Program-made: the position numbers and the translations under genes
Shown: positions 12,701 through 26,019 of the stretch, in pieces
Position numbering within the stretch: position 1 is the first letter of the stretch
How the letters are laid out: each line of letters starts with the position of its first letter
NCBI GenBank assembly: GCA_012295275.1
Contig: CM022679.1
Coordinates: forward strand, 28,830,001-28,894,000
Direction: 5' to 3'
Length of the DNA stretch: 64,000 bases
From: Chrysomallon squamiferum
Taxonomy: Eukaryota > Animalia > Mollusca
Notes under the pieces: generated by a model
What the model was told of the DNA's origin: nothing
Seen by the model: the letters and a program-made list of their open reading frames with translations, nothing else
Database searches by the model: none

Positions 12701-14300
12701 TTTCAAGGCCCATTTCAAGTTTTGAAATACTCAACAAGAAGTGATTTTTTTTGTGTGTTCTGGTGGTGTGTTAAGATGACAGTTAACCCCTAGTTATAAA
12801 ATTGCATTCAGTGAGAACTGCCCCATATAAAAACAAAAAGCTTTCTTCCAAGATCCTGGGTGACTCATAATTTAATGACTAGATGCATTATTGTATTAAC
12901 ATTTTTATTTCAGACAAGTTCACTTATCCTGACTTGGAACATATTCTTCTGAAAGTAGGGTTTGCTGTGGTGAGTTAAGGTGTACCTAGTGTTTTCAGGG
13001 GTACATGTAACTGTTTGAAACCACAATTTTCACTCCCAGTCAGAAATAGGTCTTATCAGATATTATTTCTATGTGATATGTATATATATATGTATATATA
13101 GCATAGTGGGATCTTCAAAAGTGTGGAATATTTTTAAAACATTAATTTTTCTTGTTAAAGAGCAACAGTCAGACATTGAAGATTTCTAGGCTTCATGTAC
13201 AAAATAAATGTCATACACAGTTATTCAAGCAATAGTTAACCTTTTTATTTTTTTCATGACTGTTGCTCTTTGAAATAATAATCATTATTATACTCTGTTT
13301 TCAGCTCTGTGCTTAATTTTTTTATTGTGATTTTTTTTTCTGCTTTTTTATTCCCTTCCCACCCCACCACCATTTGTAAAACATTTACAATATAATAAAG
13401 GTAATGAAAAGGTATTTTTGATTTAATGAACTATTGAAGATCAGTAACATAAATATTACATTCAAAATTAAATAATTTCATAGATTTAAAAAAAAAATCT
13501 GTATATTATTGTGGTTTTTTGGGACGATACCATATAGTCAGTTCTGAAGTGATTGCAAATGGCTGTCAGTATTTAGTGGTTTTCTCAAATCAAAATTTTA
13601 ATCTCAAAGATGACATAAGTTTGAAATTAATATGTTCAGAATGCTTTATTGCTTACAACAGTAACATGGCTTTTTCCTCTTTCTTTTTTTTAATACCATT
13701 TGTGAGCTTTCCTTTCAAAGAGTATTTATTCAATTTGAGTAAATTAATATTAAAGTAAAAAAAATGTTTTTCTTTTCTATCAGAAGAACAAGATCGAGAT
13801 CCCATTCACGACGCTCAAGAAGCCGCAGATCCAGATCTCGCAGTCGCACTAAGAGGTCGAGGTCTCGGAGCAGGTCAAAGAGGTCACGATCACATGATAG
13901 GTCCAGTCGTAAGAATAAGAAGAAATCTTGGAGCAGGTCTCGGTCACGCAGTCGATCACGGCACAGACACAAAGAGAAGAAGTTACATCGGACTCACAAT
14001 TCCGATTCCGATTCTGATAGGTTCGTGTTATTACTTGCTTCTGTAACTTAATGTCAGCTTTACTCTGAGAATAATTTATATTTTATTTAACTTTTAGTTG
14101 TTATGAAATAATCTGCACTGTTGAAATTGTTTTTGATGAATATATCTTTGTAAGATTTTAATTAACTCTTTTTTCCTGTGTGAAATTGTACTGTTTTAAA
14201 TTGAATTTACTTTTATTTCACTTTTTTCCACAGATATGGGTTAGATGACAAAGATGAAACCACAGATCCTATTGATGGCAGCAATGGTGAAATAAACTGA
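6785..14300 (+). CDS. LUC7L2: Putative RNA-binding protein Luc7-like (LUC7L/LUC7L2 type), U1 snRNP-associated splicing factor; 1-nt frame break in exon 7
   Basis: Exons 6785-6845, 9532-9626, 10282-10380, 10603-10713, 10887-11030, 11241-11417, 11770-11946, 12150-12242, 13784-14020 and 14234-14300. Contains MTAHDQIRAMLDELMGTSRDG, ZnF1 VCKSFLLGCCPHDIL..TRMDLGEC..IH, ZnF2 KLRVCEVCGAYLGIHDNDRRLADHFGGKLHLGF, an RS domain and C-terminal GEIN*. Summed length is 1261 nt (3n+1), with TGA at 11812-11814. Confidence 0.93.
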
Positions 14301-17300
14301 AACCAGACAGTTTCTTTTTCACATTTTTTAAATATAATATTCAGGACATGGTAAATAAATAATTTACACATTATAATTGTGGCAAACTAGTTTGTATTCC
14401 ATTTTTAAATGATGTCACCTAATAACATTTTATGTCATGTCAAATAAGGTGATTGAAAATAGAGTAATTAGCAAATATTATTTTTTTTTCCTTGCCTTCT
14501 AAATTCAAGAAAATATTTACTTGTATATCATGTTTTGTGTACAGTTGTGAAACCACTTACAAAAAACAACTTAAAAACAAAATTTAATTATTCTTAATTC
14601 AGATGACACTATTTTACAGCTGAATTCAGAAAACCCAGAGAAACATTAATAACCTGTGGTTGATTATACAGTAGACTTAAGTTCTTTTTATCTTTTTATT
14701 TGTATTTCAAAACCTTTTTTGTCATCTGGGTCTTCAGTTGTTAATTTTGAAGCATGTATCTGCTAGTATGTATACCACTGTTATTTTTGTTCTTGTTCAT
14801 TTTATTTCATTTACTTATTCATTAATGTAGGCTTCATCAAGATTACATGTATAAATGTGCTAGGACAGAAGCAAAGAAATGTGAAAGATAAAGCTATTGT
14901 TGTTTCCAGTTTGTTTTGTAGAATTAAAGTGATCAGTTATAAGTGTATTGTAAATAGAACTAGACAGTGTGAGAAACTTTCTGATAGCTTTTGATGTATT
15001 TTGAACACTGTTTAATAAGACCTAAATATGAAGTAAGTTTCAGTTAATAAGTTGTGTAAGTTTGTTTTGGGTTTTTTAAACTGGTAATACAGGTTGGCAT
15101 TTTAAGTAGAATTTCTTTTTTTTCTTGAATAATAACTTGTCTGATTTTATTTCAATCAAAATAAATCTGTGAAAATACCGTCCTGAAATTTGATAAAAAT
15201 TAGAATTACAATTTTCCATAGCTAGAATATTACAAAGGTACGAAAGTGGATCTGAAGTGTATATTATTTTGATTAAGGTTATGAACAGTACATATATAAA
15301 TAATAATGATTCCTGTATGATAAAAACTGTTTATATATGTTCAAAAGATATTTTACCTTGAGTTACTTGCATCAGTTTTGCTCTGAAAACAATGATTTTT
15401 TAAACTGCCAATACCATGAATAGTTAAACAGTGACTGTAAAACTTCTTTTCTGTGTTTGAGGGTTTGAAGGAAAAATACCCAGATTATTCATCTTTTTAT
15501 TTTCTCTTAATTTCAGGAGGGTTTTTTTGTTGTTTTTTTTTTTTTTTTTCACATATTTAATTTTTGCATTTACATCCAATATGGTTTTAAAAAGGTGAAG
15601 GAGGTTTTGGGTTCATTTATACGTTTGTTTGACAATTATACACAAAAATAGGTATTGTTAATTATGGCATAATTTTCTTGCACAGTAAGCATCATCATTA
15701 GCCAGGGTAACACATTGTGTGCTGCATTTTACATTCTGCAGTAATACCTAGACTTGAAAAAAATCAGCAAAAAATATGACGTTAACATAAATATTACTGC
15801 ACACTTAGCTAAATTTATAAACATTTAAGGCTCTAAGGATGAAAACTCGTGTGTCTGTGTCCATGCACTCAAACACATGCATACAGACAGCAAACATTTT
15901 TATGATTCTCATTTGTTTATTAATCATAAATGATCTAGGGTTTTTTATTAAATTTATAGTGCTATGTTTTGAATTGCACCTTTTCTGCAGTATTAAATTC
16001 AGGTTCATTTTAAATACCATTTTTTTCTCTCTTTTTTTTAAATATTTTTTTTCCCTGTGATATAATAGTTGTTGTTTTTTAATTTTTTTATCATAAATAA
16101 AACTAAATTAATTTGTTAATGTCTCACAAATTGTAATCTGTTCTCAACACTGATTCATTCAGTGTAAGAGCTGGCTTATAAATAAATACTCTTAAGGATT
16201 TTGTTACATGTGTTTTTAAATATTAGATTCTCAATTTACATTGCATTAATTTTCAGTATAAATGTACAGAAATGCATGTCTTAATTTTTATATACATTTT
16301 TTTTTTTTTTTTTTAACCTTTCCCCAAAATGTAGAATACAAATTGTTCCACTACTTTATGCTGTATGCAGTGAAGTAGTTTTGAATTTATATTTAGAATG
16401 TCTGATCTTTATATTATTCATCCAATTCTGTTTGTGGTTTAAAAGAAAAAAATGTATAAAGACATATGAATTATCTGTTGAGAAATTATAAACTGGTGTC
16501 ATTAACCTTTTGAATTAAATTTATCAACTTGAAATTCAAATTTAAAAGGAATGTAATTGTTTCTTTGTTGTTGTAATGGTATGTTTTAATTTTATGATTA
16601 TTTACTGGTTATAATACATTGTGTTTGTATGTTTTAACTTTTACCGAATTAAAATAAAATAAAAGGTCATTACCTTTGTTGTTGTATGTAATTCTTTATT
16701 ATTTTTAAATAAATTAACTGTTGTGTAGTGTTTACTAATCTATGATCCGGCATATTGTGCAGATGAAGTTGATTATTTTTTCAGTCATGTGCTGTAAACA
16801 TAATGGGCTGTTCTTGTTAATTAAATTTACAGGAAGGAATCGGTTCTAAAATCCAAATCTTTTTCCAGTCTGTAATATACCAATCAAATGACTGTCCTGA
16901 AAGTTGGCTTTCAAATAGAATTCCAAAATAATGATCATAGCTAATGCACAATACTGTAAAAATTAGGGTTTGAAAAGTTGAGTTCACTTTATTAATAAAA
17001 ATCACCTAAATACATTCTAATGCTTTCAAGTAACTGTTTTAATAATTTCATGTTAAAAGTAACTTCTATTGTGCATAAATATATTTTGTCAGTTTTTTTA
17101 ACTTTTAATTTCTTAGCAAGAGAGGCCTCCTGGTAAATATTTCTATTACCGTCTTGTTTGCCAAATATTTGCCACAAGAAATAAATTTAATTCAAAGAAC
17201 ATGTTTATTAGTGTTTGTAATGAGAAAGATAGTATTTGAGAATATAATGTTCTTCAAAATATAAACTACAAAAAGACAAGTTTGTGTTCATGAGAAATGG

Positions 17301-17625
17301 AAACCCATGTTTTTATTTCAGTATGTTATTTAACATAAATATGTCCAAAATGCAGATATTCATGGCCATATAATAGTATTATTAGCCAGAGCTCTGAACA
17401 TGCACCTTCTATAATCTATTAAACTAACTTTTATGTTCTTGCAAACAAAGAAATACAGTATAAAATTCAAAGGATTGTAAAGGTTTCGCACAGGTACATC
17501 CATTTACTATTTCACATTTGTTTTAATGAGCAACAATTATTTACAAGTCTGCACTTTCTCTTAAACCTCAATACATGATCCTAAAAAACACACAATTGAA
17601 AAAAATCAGTTAGCGAAGATTTTCA

Positions 17626-19198
17626 TCATTCATGGCCATCATAAAACTTTGACAAGAAATCAGTAGGACGAACTGGTTCTGTTTCCTTGAAATACCTCAT
17701 TATGTGATTTCTTTGTTGCCAGATGTTGGTCACTTCTACCAGTTCCATTTGTCCCTGAAAAAAAATCAGAAATAAAATTAAGTTTTGTGACATGAAAAGA
17801 ATGGCTTGAAAATGCTCCAAAAGTAATATCCCCACAATACTTCTTCCATCATCACCAAATCAAATGTCTAAAATGTTAACAGGAAGTTAGCTCTATTTTC
17901 CTATTAACTATATGGGATGTATAAGACAAACTTCATCAAATCAGGATTATTAAGGAGTTTTTTGTCAAAATCATTAAGTTCGAATTAACTGCATCTATTC
18001 AGGAAAGAATTATTCATTATAAAAATAAGTATGAATCAATAAATTTTTCTTATTTCAAATATGTATATATAACCTGAAAGACCTCTTTAAATAGCATAGT
18101 TTCTCAAACATTCTCACACCAAGCATTCAGGGCCAACTCCTATCAGAGGATAGTGAGTAAATTTTGAATATACCAAAGACAATCAAACAAACTTTGCTAA
18201 AACTCGCAATACACAAATGAAATGAAATTTAATACCTTTATAACTAGAAGATCTATAATTCTGATGTCTGTCACGTGTTTGTTTTTCATAAACTGTTCTC
18301 TCAGCTTGTCTTGTAGCTGACCAACAGTTACAGGAACATCAAACTCTTTTACTGAAAAGCAAATATAATACAGGATTCATTTCTTTCAAGATTTCAGTGT
18401 AAAGTGAAAGAAAAGCAGGTCAGCTAACATCACATTTATATTCTGATGAAAATAATTTCGTTGCTATTATTTTATTTTAAAATTTTAAACTGTTGTTCTG
18501 AATTGTTTTAAATTTTTTTTTTTTTTTTTTCTAACCATGATTAATGAATCCAAAAACTATGTAATTTACTTCTTTTTCTGATATATTTTGCTTTGTTGTT
18601 GGGGATTTTTGTTTGTTTTTGTTAATGTTCCTTTTTTAATCTTTTATTATTATTATTATTATTATTAAATTTCAGACATCTGTGGTTATACAAAAAATGT
18701 AAAAAATTAATATATATGTCTGAAACTATAAATTATTATATAATTTGTTTTCATACTAAATTTTAATATTTCTTATGCTGAAATACACTGGTAGCTGCCT
18801 GGTTCCGATTAGGTAGTTTCATCATGTCAATTCCTTGACTTAAAAATTAAATATAAGCATGAATTATTTACATGTAATTATACTTAGCATAATACTATAC
18901 ATATTATGATTCTAAAATGATTTTATTAACCGTCAGATTTATATTCAATATAAATTTCGGAATGACACTTAAGTACATCTTGGACTTAACGACAACCTTC
19001 ACCTGTCCTTGCAAAAATCTGACATTCAAGGCCAAATTGACATTCATACTGTTGCTGTTATCAGTACTTACCTATATATGGCAACTGCCTAAACCATGCT
19101 CGATATAAGTTGAAAACACGACGCCTAGCTTCCCCACTGTCTGTTGATAATATTGGTTTAACTTGTTTGAGGCCCTGCTGGACAGCTCTTGCTGCCAT
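17626..19198 (-). CDS. NDUFA6: NADH dehydrogenase [ubiquinone] 1 alpha subcomplex subunit 6 (LYRM6)
   Basis: Exons 19198-19072, 18351-18236 and 17754-17626: [123 protein letters not shown]. Confidence 0.96.
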
Positions 19199-20334
19199 TT
19201 TGATATTAAACCAAAATCCTTGTCATGCTACGCTTACTTGACGCAATGGGTTTACTTTAATCGGCGGACTTGCAACAGCACGTAAAACGCGGATAAATAT
19301 AATATACAGTTAATATACAAAGTACTTTAAAATAGCAATTAAATTGTGACGTTTATTTTATGTTTATTTATTTATTTACTTTTTTTTTCTTTTTGCGTTT
19401 GTTTGGTGTTTGTTTTTCTTTTGCTGATCTAGTGACAAAACTGCCTTGTCACATATTTTGTAAAGTTTACTATTTATATATTTGGAGAAATAAAATTTAC
19501 TTTTTTGTCTGTTTTTGTTGCTTTTGACAGAAATAATTTGTACTTTCATTACAACAATTAGCCTTGGCTTCTTTTGTTTTTGGACACTTATGGGAAGTGT
19601 TCAGTATCTAGAATCTCTTATAATTTACATGCAGATGTCAGGATTTGTTATACCCCTTGTGCTGTTTGTCTTTCTAGTAAATTGATGAAATATAGGTCAT
19701 CATTCTATGACAATTTGTTACATCACATTCTGTGAAATATCTTCACTCATTATGTCATAATTTATGATCTTCAATTCATAACACTTCAGTCAATGTTATA
19801 TTACAAAATGACATGACCCCTGAAAATTGCTGGATGAAAAAAGAACAAAACAACAAGAAAAATATTTTTATTTTCTCTAATCAAAAAATAAAATCAATAT
19901 GCTTGAGAGAAACTCTATACAGAGCTTTCAAATTAATTTCAGTTTTCTGGGTTGTCTTGCAACAATTATTTTTCACTTGACCCAGAATTAAGAGCTATGT
20001 TTTTTTTAAATTTTTTTTTTTTTCTCTTGTTGTTATGTTACAAAATGTTAAAAATGTTTTTGATATCACTATTAACCCAAATAGCAACTTAATATATGAA
20101 TATTTTGACAATTATTTCTTTTTCCCAAGCTGTTTACAAGACAAAATAATTCTTCCTACTGTTTAACCCAATCTTCCACAATTCAGAAATAATTTGAAAG
20201 TTCTGTGAGTTACCAATCTGCTGAATTCAGCATACTTGAAGTACATAGTGATTTCTCTGGGATTTCATACAGTACATGTGTGTGTACCAGTACATTAAAA
20301 ACAAACTAAAAGTTTTGACACTGAGTATAGGCTC

Positions 20335-20822
20335 ACTCACTCAATGACTCACACACATATGCACCTTCACACACACACACTTTAAACACACCTTTAAACA
20401 CAGAAAACCTTCAACCACACACATCCACACACAGACATACATACACATTCATACTCACTCACTTAGAAGTCACACATGTCCACACACACACACACACACA
20501 CCTATGTACCTCAGATACATACACACACCAGAACACACAAACACATTCTCTCACACACCCACACCCAGATATACACTCACACATACACACCCACACACAC
20601 ATTCAAACTAAGACATACCCACATTTACTTTCAGACACACACACACACACACTCACTCACTCAAACTGAGACAGACACATACACACACACAACACACATA
20701 CACACAGACACACACTCAGACACACACACACACACTCATTCAAACTGAGACGTACACACACAGACACAAACACAACTCACATACATACATAGACACATAC
20801 ACACACAGACACACACACACAC
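20335..20822. repeat. Degenerate (CA)-rich simple repeat tract
   Basis: Directly visible; source of the THTH ORF at 20476-20748. Confidence 0.9.
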
Positions 20823-22901
20823 AGTTCTGGTTAACGGGGACTTTTTAATTTAAATTAAAAAATAAATTAAAAAAAGAGTATCAAACTAATGCTTTGAAGA
20901 ATCACATTATAAATTATTTTATCAATATTTTTAAAATCTTGTCTTGTTAAGAGAATGTCTCTAACTGTCCAATAAAAAATAAAAAATCACTTAAGTCATT
21001 TGCGAAAAACCTTCCAGGACATTTTACATATTTATCCTGACATTATCACAAAACCACTGATGTGAAGATATCTTGTGAACAGCTAGTTAATTTTACTCAA
21101 AGAAATTTGTTTTATGCTTAACTGCCAATATCTTCTAAATATGAGTGAAATATCTGTATTTGTCAAATGAATTTCAAACATGTCCCAAACAAGTGGTACA
21201 GCATCCTAAATAAACAGGGTCTATTTATGATACTGTTTTTCTTTATTATTATTATTTTTTTAAATTATATTTTAGTGGTGATCCCTGTTCACCAAAACTT
21301 GTGTTTGTATATCTAACCTTTTGCAAATTATTAGTTTTATTATGATCAACAAAATAATCAAATACCAATTTAATTTTATCTTTTGTCTTGAAACCCAATA
21401 TTCAGTGGTTTAGAATATTTCGTAAATACTGATATAAATAATCTACAGAACTAAGTAAGTGGTGTTTTCTGAAAAGGAAAATTAAAAATAAAACATCTGT
21501 GAAAATGTATGAAAAAATAAATAAAAGATGAAAATGGCAATATTTCTGACTGCTGCCTTTCAAATACAATTTAAAGGAGAGGGACACTTTTTTTTTTTCT
21601 TTAAAGAAAAAATTTGACATTTCAAAAATTTATGGAAAAGTGAAACTAAATGTAAGCTGAAAATAGCAATAATTATTGTTTTGCTGCCTATAAAACTGGT
21701 TGGGATTTTAATTAAATAAAATGTTTTTATTTTTTTATTTTTTTTATTTTTTTTTTGGTGTCATAGTTATTTATTTTCAATCTCCTCCTCTCAAATTTCC
21801 TTTTAAATGGAAATGGTAATAAAAAATAAATTAGTGATGACTTCTGGTGGTAATTAAGCAAAATAAAACCTAATACAAAACTGGAGTACAGAAACTAGCC
21901 TTCTGTTTATATAAATGAAGGCAAAAATGAAAAAAAAATGAAAAATGAAAAAAATAGATTCTATATTAATGAAACACAAAGGACTTTTATTAAGAATGAA
22001 AACTATCAACATTAAACAGTGTACAGATCTTCGGTTTTTGTAAGATATGTTGATGAGAATGATAACCAATATATATGTAAATGCTCAGATACACATATAC
22101 AAAATACATACACACATTACATAGAAATGGATACTGCTACCTACAAAGAATTAGTAGAAAATCTGCTTGTGGCAATGGACTTCATGACTGGATATGTCCT
22201 ATCCACCACTGAGAAAATAATCTCAAACATTTAATGGCAGTATTTTTACAATGATTTTCCAAGATAGAAATTATTCCAAACTGTTTTGTTTTTTTTCGTT
22301 TTATTTTTCTTTCTTGAATTGAAATTTAAGACAATGACAACTTTGGACTGTCAGACATGAAAATAAAAATAAAAAGGAACAAACCATTTTTGTCATTTAA
22401 TCCAAACAATCCCAACAAGACATTTTGATCATTTAATAAAAAAAAAAAAATTCGAAAATTAGAGACACTTTGACTTTAACAGAACTAACATTCTACTGTC
22501 AGAATTCAACAACAAACAAACTAAAATGTTTCTAAACAACAAACAGCACTAACTAATATCTGGATAAAGAAAAATATGCTCAGTGTTATGTGTTAAGTTT
22601 TCTTTCATTTTCTTTTTGTTTCTCTGGTTACTGAGTGTCCTCCAGATTTTTAACCTGAAAATAACCAACAATACGAAACATAACAATGACAAATAATATG
22701 ACTAAAAAACATAAGGATCATCATCATCATCATCATTATTATTATTATTCACTTATAAATCCATTATTTATCATTTCAAAGTAACAGTCACCAAAAGCAT
22801 AATGTTAACAAAGTATAAACGAAATTACATTTCTGTTGCAAAGTCAATGAAACAAAAGCAAAAATCTTCACTAAAAACAATAAATTACCTGTAGGTTTTG
22901 A

Positions 22902-25900
22902 TTAAGCACTGATGTGTAACACAACCCAGGCACTAGGTTTCACTGAGGGATCAAAAGCGGTGAAAACTTTGGCATGTGGCTGCAGGTTTCCTGGCAACAA
23001 GGAAATCACCACGGCTCGCTCCGCTCTGCTCTTCAGATGAGAGGCTGGAAGAAACACGACGAGATCAGAGGAATCCACTGAGCTGACAATCTTCTTAACG
23101 TAATTATCGAAGTTGACAACCTGCTTGTCAACGTTTTCAAAAATCAGAACATTCGTAGCTAGATCATCGTCACAGCTGTCTTCCATTTTCTGTTTTAAAA
23201 GTTCCACCATTTCTGTGCTCGACTCTGAAGTTTTTAAGATGGACTCCTGCGGGTAGATTGCAACTTTACCAACCGGTAAAACGTTGTCGTCGAACCAGTT
23301 CTCCAACATTGTCTCCTCCTCCTCGAGAGCATGTGAAGAACATTTCTCCACTGACAGTTTAGTGCTGTTGTTCCAGAGGTGAAGGCTGGAAGCAGGCCAC
23401 AGAGAACGCAGGTGACCGTCAGGGTCATGAGCATCAGTGACAGTGATCATCAGCATTTTGCAGTTTTCTAAAGATAAAATGCTGTCTGCACTGCCTAAGA
23501 GTTCAGAGGTATTCTGCCAGGTTTTCTCCAGAATCTGGTTTATTATTGTTGGTTCTCCCAGCTCTGTCAACATCTTAGATCTGATCATATACTCTGAGTT
23601 TATTTTCTTTTCCAAGTAGCTGGAATTCTTTAAGAACTTACAGAATTCTCCAAAATTATCATTGTTTCTGAAATTTACCCCAAAAAACTGATGTAATGTA
23701 TTAACTGAAATTTGTTTCAAAAATTAAAATAAAATATTTTGTTAAGAGACAGTTCAGATTTGATATTATGCAGAAAATAAAAACTCTTTTTAAGATCATT
23801 TATACATAAATTCAAATCACTATATATTACTAAAATAAGGACAAACTCAAGCTATGAAAAAAGAAGACACGAGACTTGAACCTCTTACAAACGTAACATT
23901 AAAAACCGAGCTGAAATATTCAAACACTGCTTCAGTCTTACAATTTAAATGTACCTGAACAAAATTCTGTATATGTATTAAAGTGAAAAACACCTGCAAT
24001 TTATTTTCTTCACAAAATATGCTACAACGACTCATCTTAATGTAACAGGTAGGAAAGAGAACAACAACTCACTCTGTACATTTAGCTAGATCTGCGATAA
24101 GGAAAACGATTTCTTTGTCTGTGAAGGACGTTTCTGGGTGCAGATCATGCCAGATCAATATGTTGGCTTTGTGACCTCGCATCTCTGTCACCTCTCTAGA
24201 AATCTGTAAGCGTAATGCCTCTGTTACCACCGAAACTGCAGGCACGCATAACACAAAATCTGTCAGAGAAAACAAAGTAAATATTTTAAACAAGTGACAA
24301 CAATGATGAAAGAAAGAAAGAATATGTGCTTGATGTTTCCTCATGAACTACAAAAGAAAATGAAGCAAAATTTTAAAAAATAAATAAAATAAGATAATAA
24401 AAATATATATATATATATAAAATAAAAAAAAAAAATAAAATAAAATAAAATAAAATAAAATAAAATAAAATAAAATAAAATAAAATAAAATATATGTATG
24501 AAAACTGTATTTCAAATAATTTGTATCTTAAAGGTAAGAAAAGGTAGTTAGTGAAATTTATATTAAAATAACCTCTTTTCTGCTGGAAAGTATCTCTGTC
24601 TATTTCCATCTCACGTTTCTTGTTATTCTTACTTATTTCTTCATCACAGGAAATCATTTTGAAGTCATCATCACCATCAGCATCCCCAGTATTGACAACA
24701 TCAACAAAGTCAGCCTCTTCCGCTGTAAATAAAAATATATATATAACAAATAAAAATAAAAAACACGACACATTAACTTTCCCAAAAATTTAATTCAGAT
24801 AGAAACTGACCTCAAAAAAAAAAAATTATAAAAATTTTTTTTTTTTTAAATTATTTAAATAGTAAATAATCAGTTTAGAATTACTTTCATTATTTGTCTC
24901 TGTACTTTTCTTGAAGCTGTATGATTTATTCTCTTCGTTTTGGTTTCTCGAGTCAACAGAAGTGGCTGGCTGCTTTTTCTCCTTTTTTGACGAAGATTCA
25001 GGCGTAGATTTTACATCACAGTGATTTTTGCTAGATAACATCCTGGCTCTCTTCCTCAGAATCTCAGAGTCACTCTCTTGTTTAGGGTTTCTCTTCAAAA
25101 CAGAGGCAATGCTCTCCAGTGAAACTCTTGGATTTAAATTTGCTTTAGCACTGGGTGATGCCTCTGGAGTTTTGAAGTGAGACTGTCTGGACAGTGTTCC
25201 AGAAGACTTTCCTGACAATTTAGCAGGTGATGCAGGTGATTCTGAAGATAACTTTCTAACTGATGCTGCAGATGATTTTTTGGGTGATTTTTCAGCAGTC
25301 CACAAACTGTTTGAAGCTGAGCTGATCTCTGTTTCCATATTTTCAGGCTCGGTGGTTTCAACATCGTCGTCAGCATTCTGCCAGTCACCAGCTCCATTTC
25401 CATGTGTACTGCTTGTTGCTAAAGTTGACTTCATTCTGTAAGACTGTCGTCTGCTTGGTGAGGAGTCACAGTCACTTTGTGTGGCAAGTGAAGTGTCTGT
25501 CTCAAATGACACCAAACTGTTATCCAGCAGGTGATTAGAAACATCATCTTCTTCACTGTCATCACCTTCATCCAAGTCGCTTGTCTCTTCTTGCATAAAA
25601 TCTTTGCTAACATCTGTAAGGAACAATTAGACAATATCAGTTTCTTTGTCTCTCTTTGTCAGTGAATGATTGTGTGTTCTGTGTGTTTGTGTGTGTGTTG
25701 TGTGTGTATGTATGTATATGTGTATAACTGTCTTCCTGTGTGTAACTGTGTATGTATGTCTGTCTTTGTGTGTGTAGCTGTGTATGTATTTGTATGTGTG
25801 TTGAGTGTATATTCCTGGACGTTTGTATTTGTATCAAGAATGTGTATTTCTGAACATATGTGCATCTATATGTCTTTATATTGAGTGTGTATATTCCTGT

Positions 25901-25983
25901 ATATGTCTGTGTGTGTATGTATATGTATGTATGTATTATGTATGTATGTATGTATGTTTGAATGTGTGTGTGTGTTCCTTTTC

Positions 25984-26019
<36 letters not shown>

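Noticed and set aside
13730-13972. Antisense RD/RL-repeat ORF
   Set aside because: Mirror of the LUC7L RS-domain exon.
22127-22234. Helical-looking sORF MDTATYKELVENLLVAMDFMTGYVLSTTEKIISNI on +
   Set aside because: No recognisable homology or linked exons; lies antisense to the probable 3'UTR of the ePHD gene.
23847-24035. 62-aa minus-strand ORF between ePHD-gene exons
   Set aside because: Not needed: exon 24073 joins the acceptor at 23667 in phase, and the candidate donor (GTTCAA) is weak.
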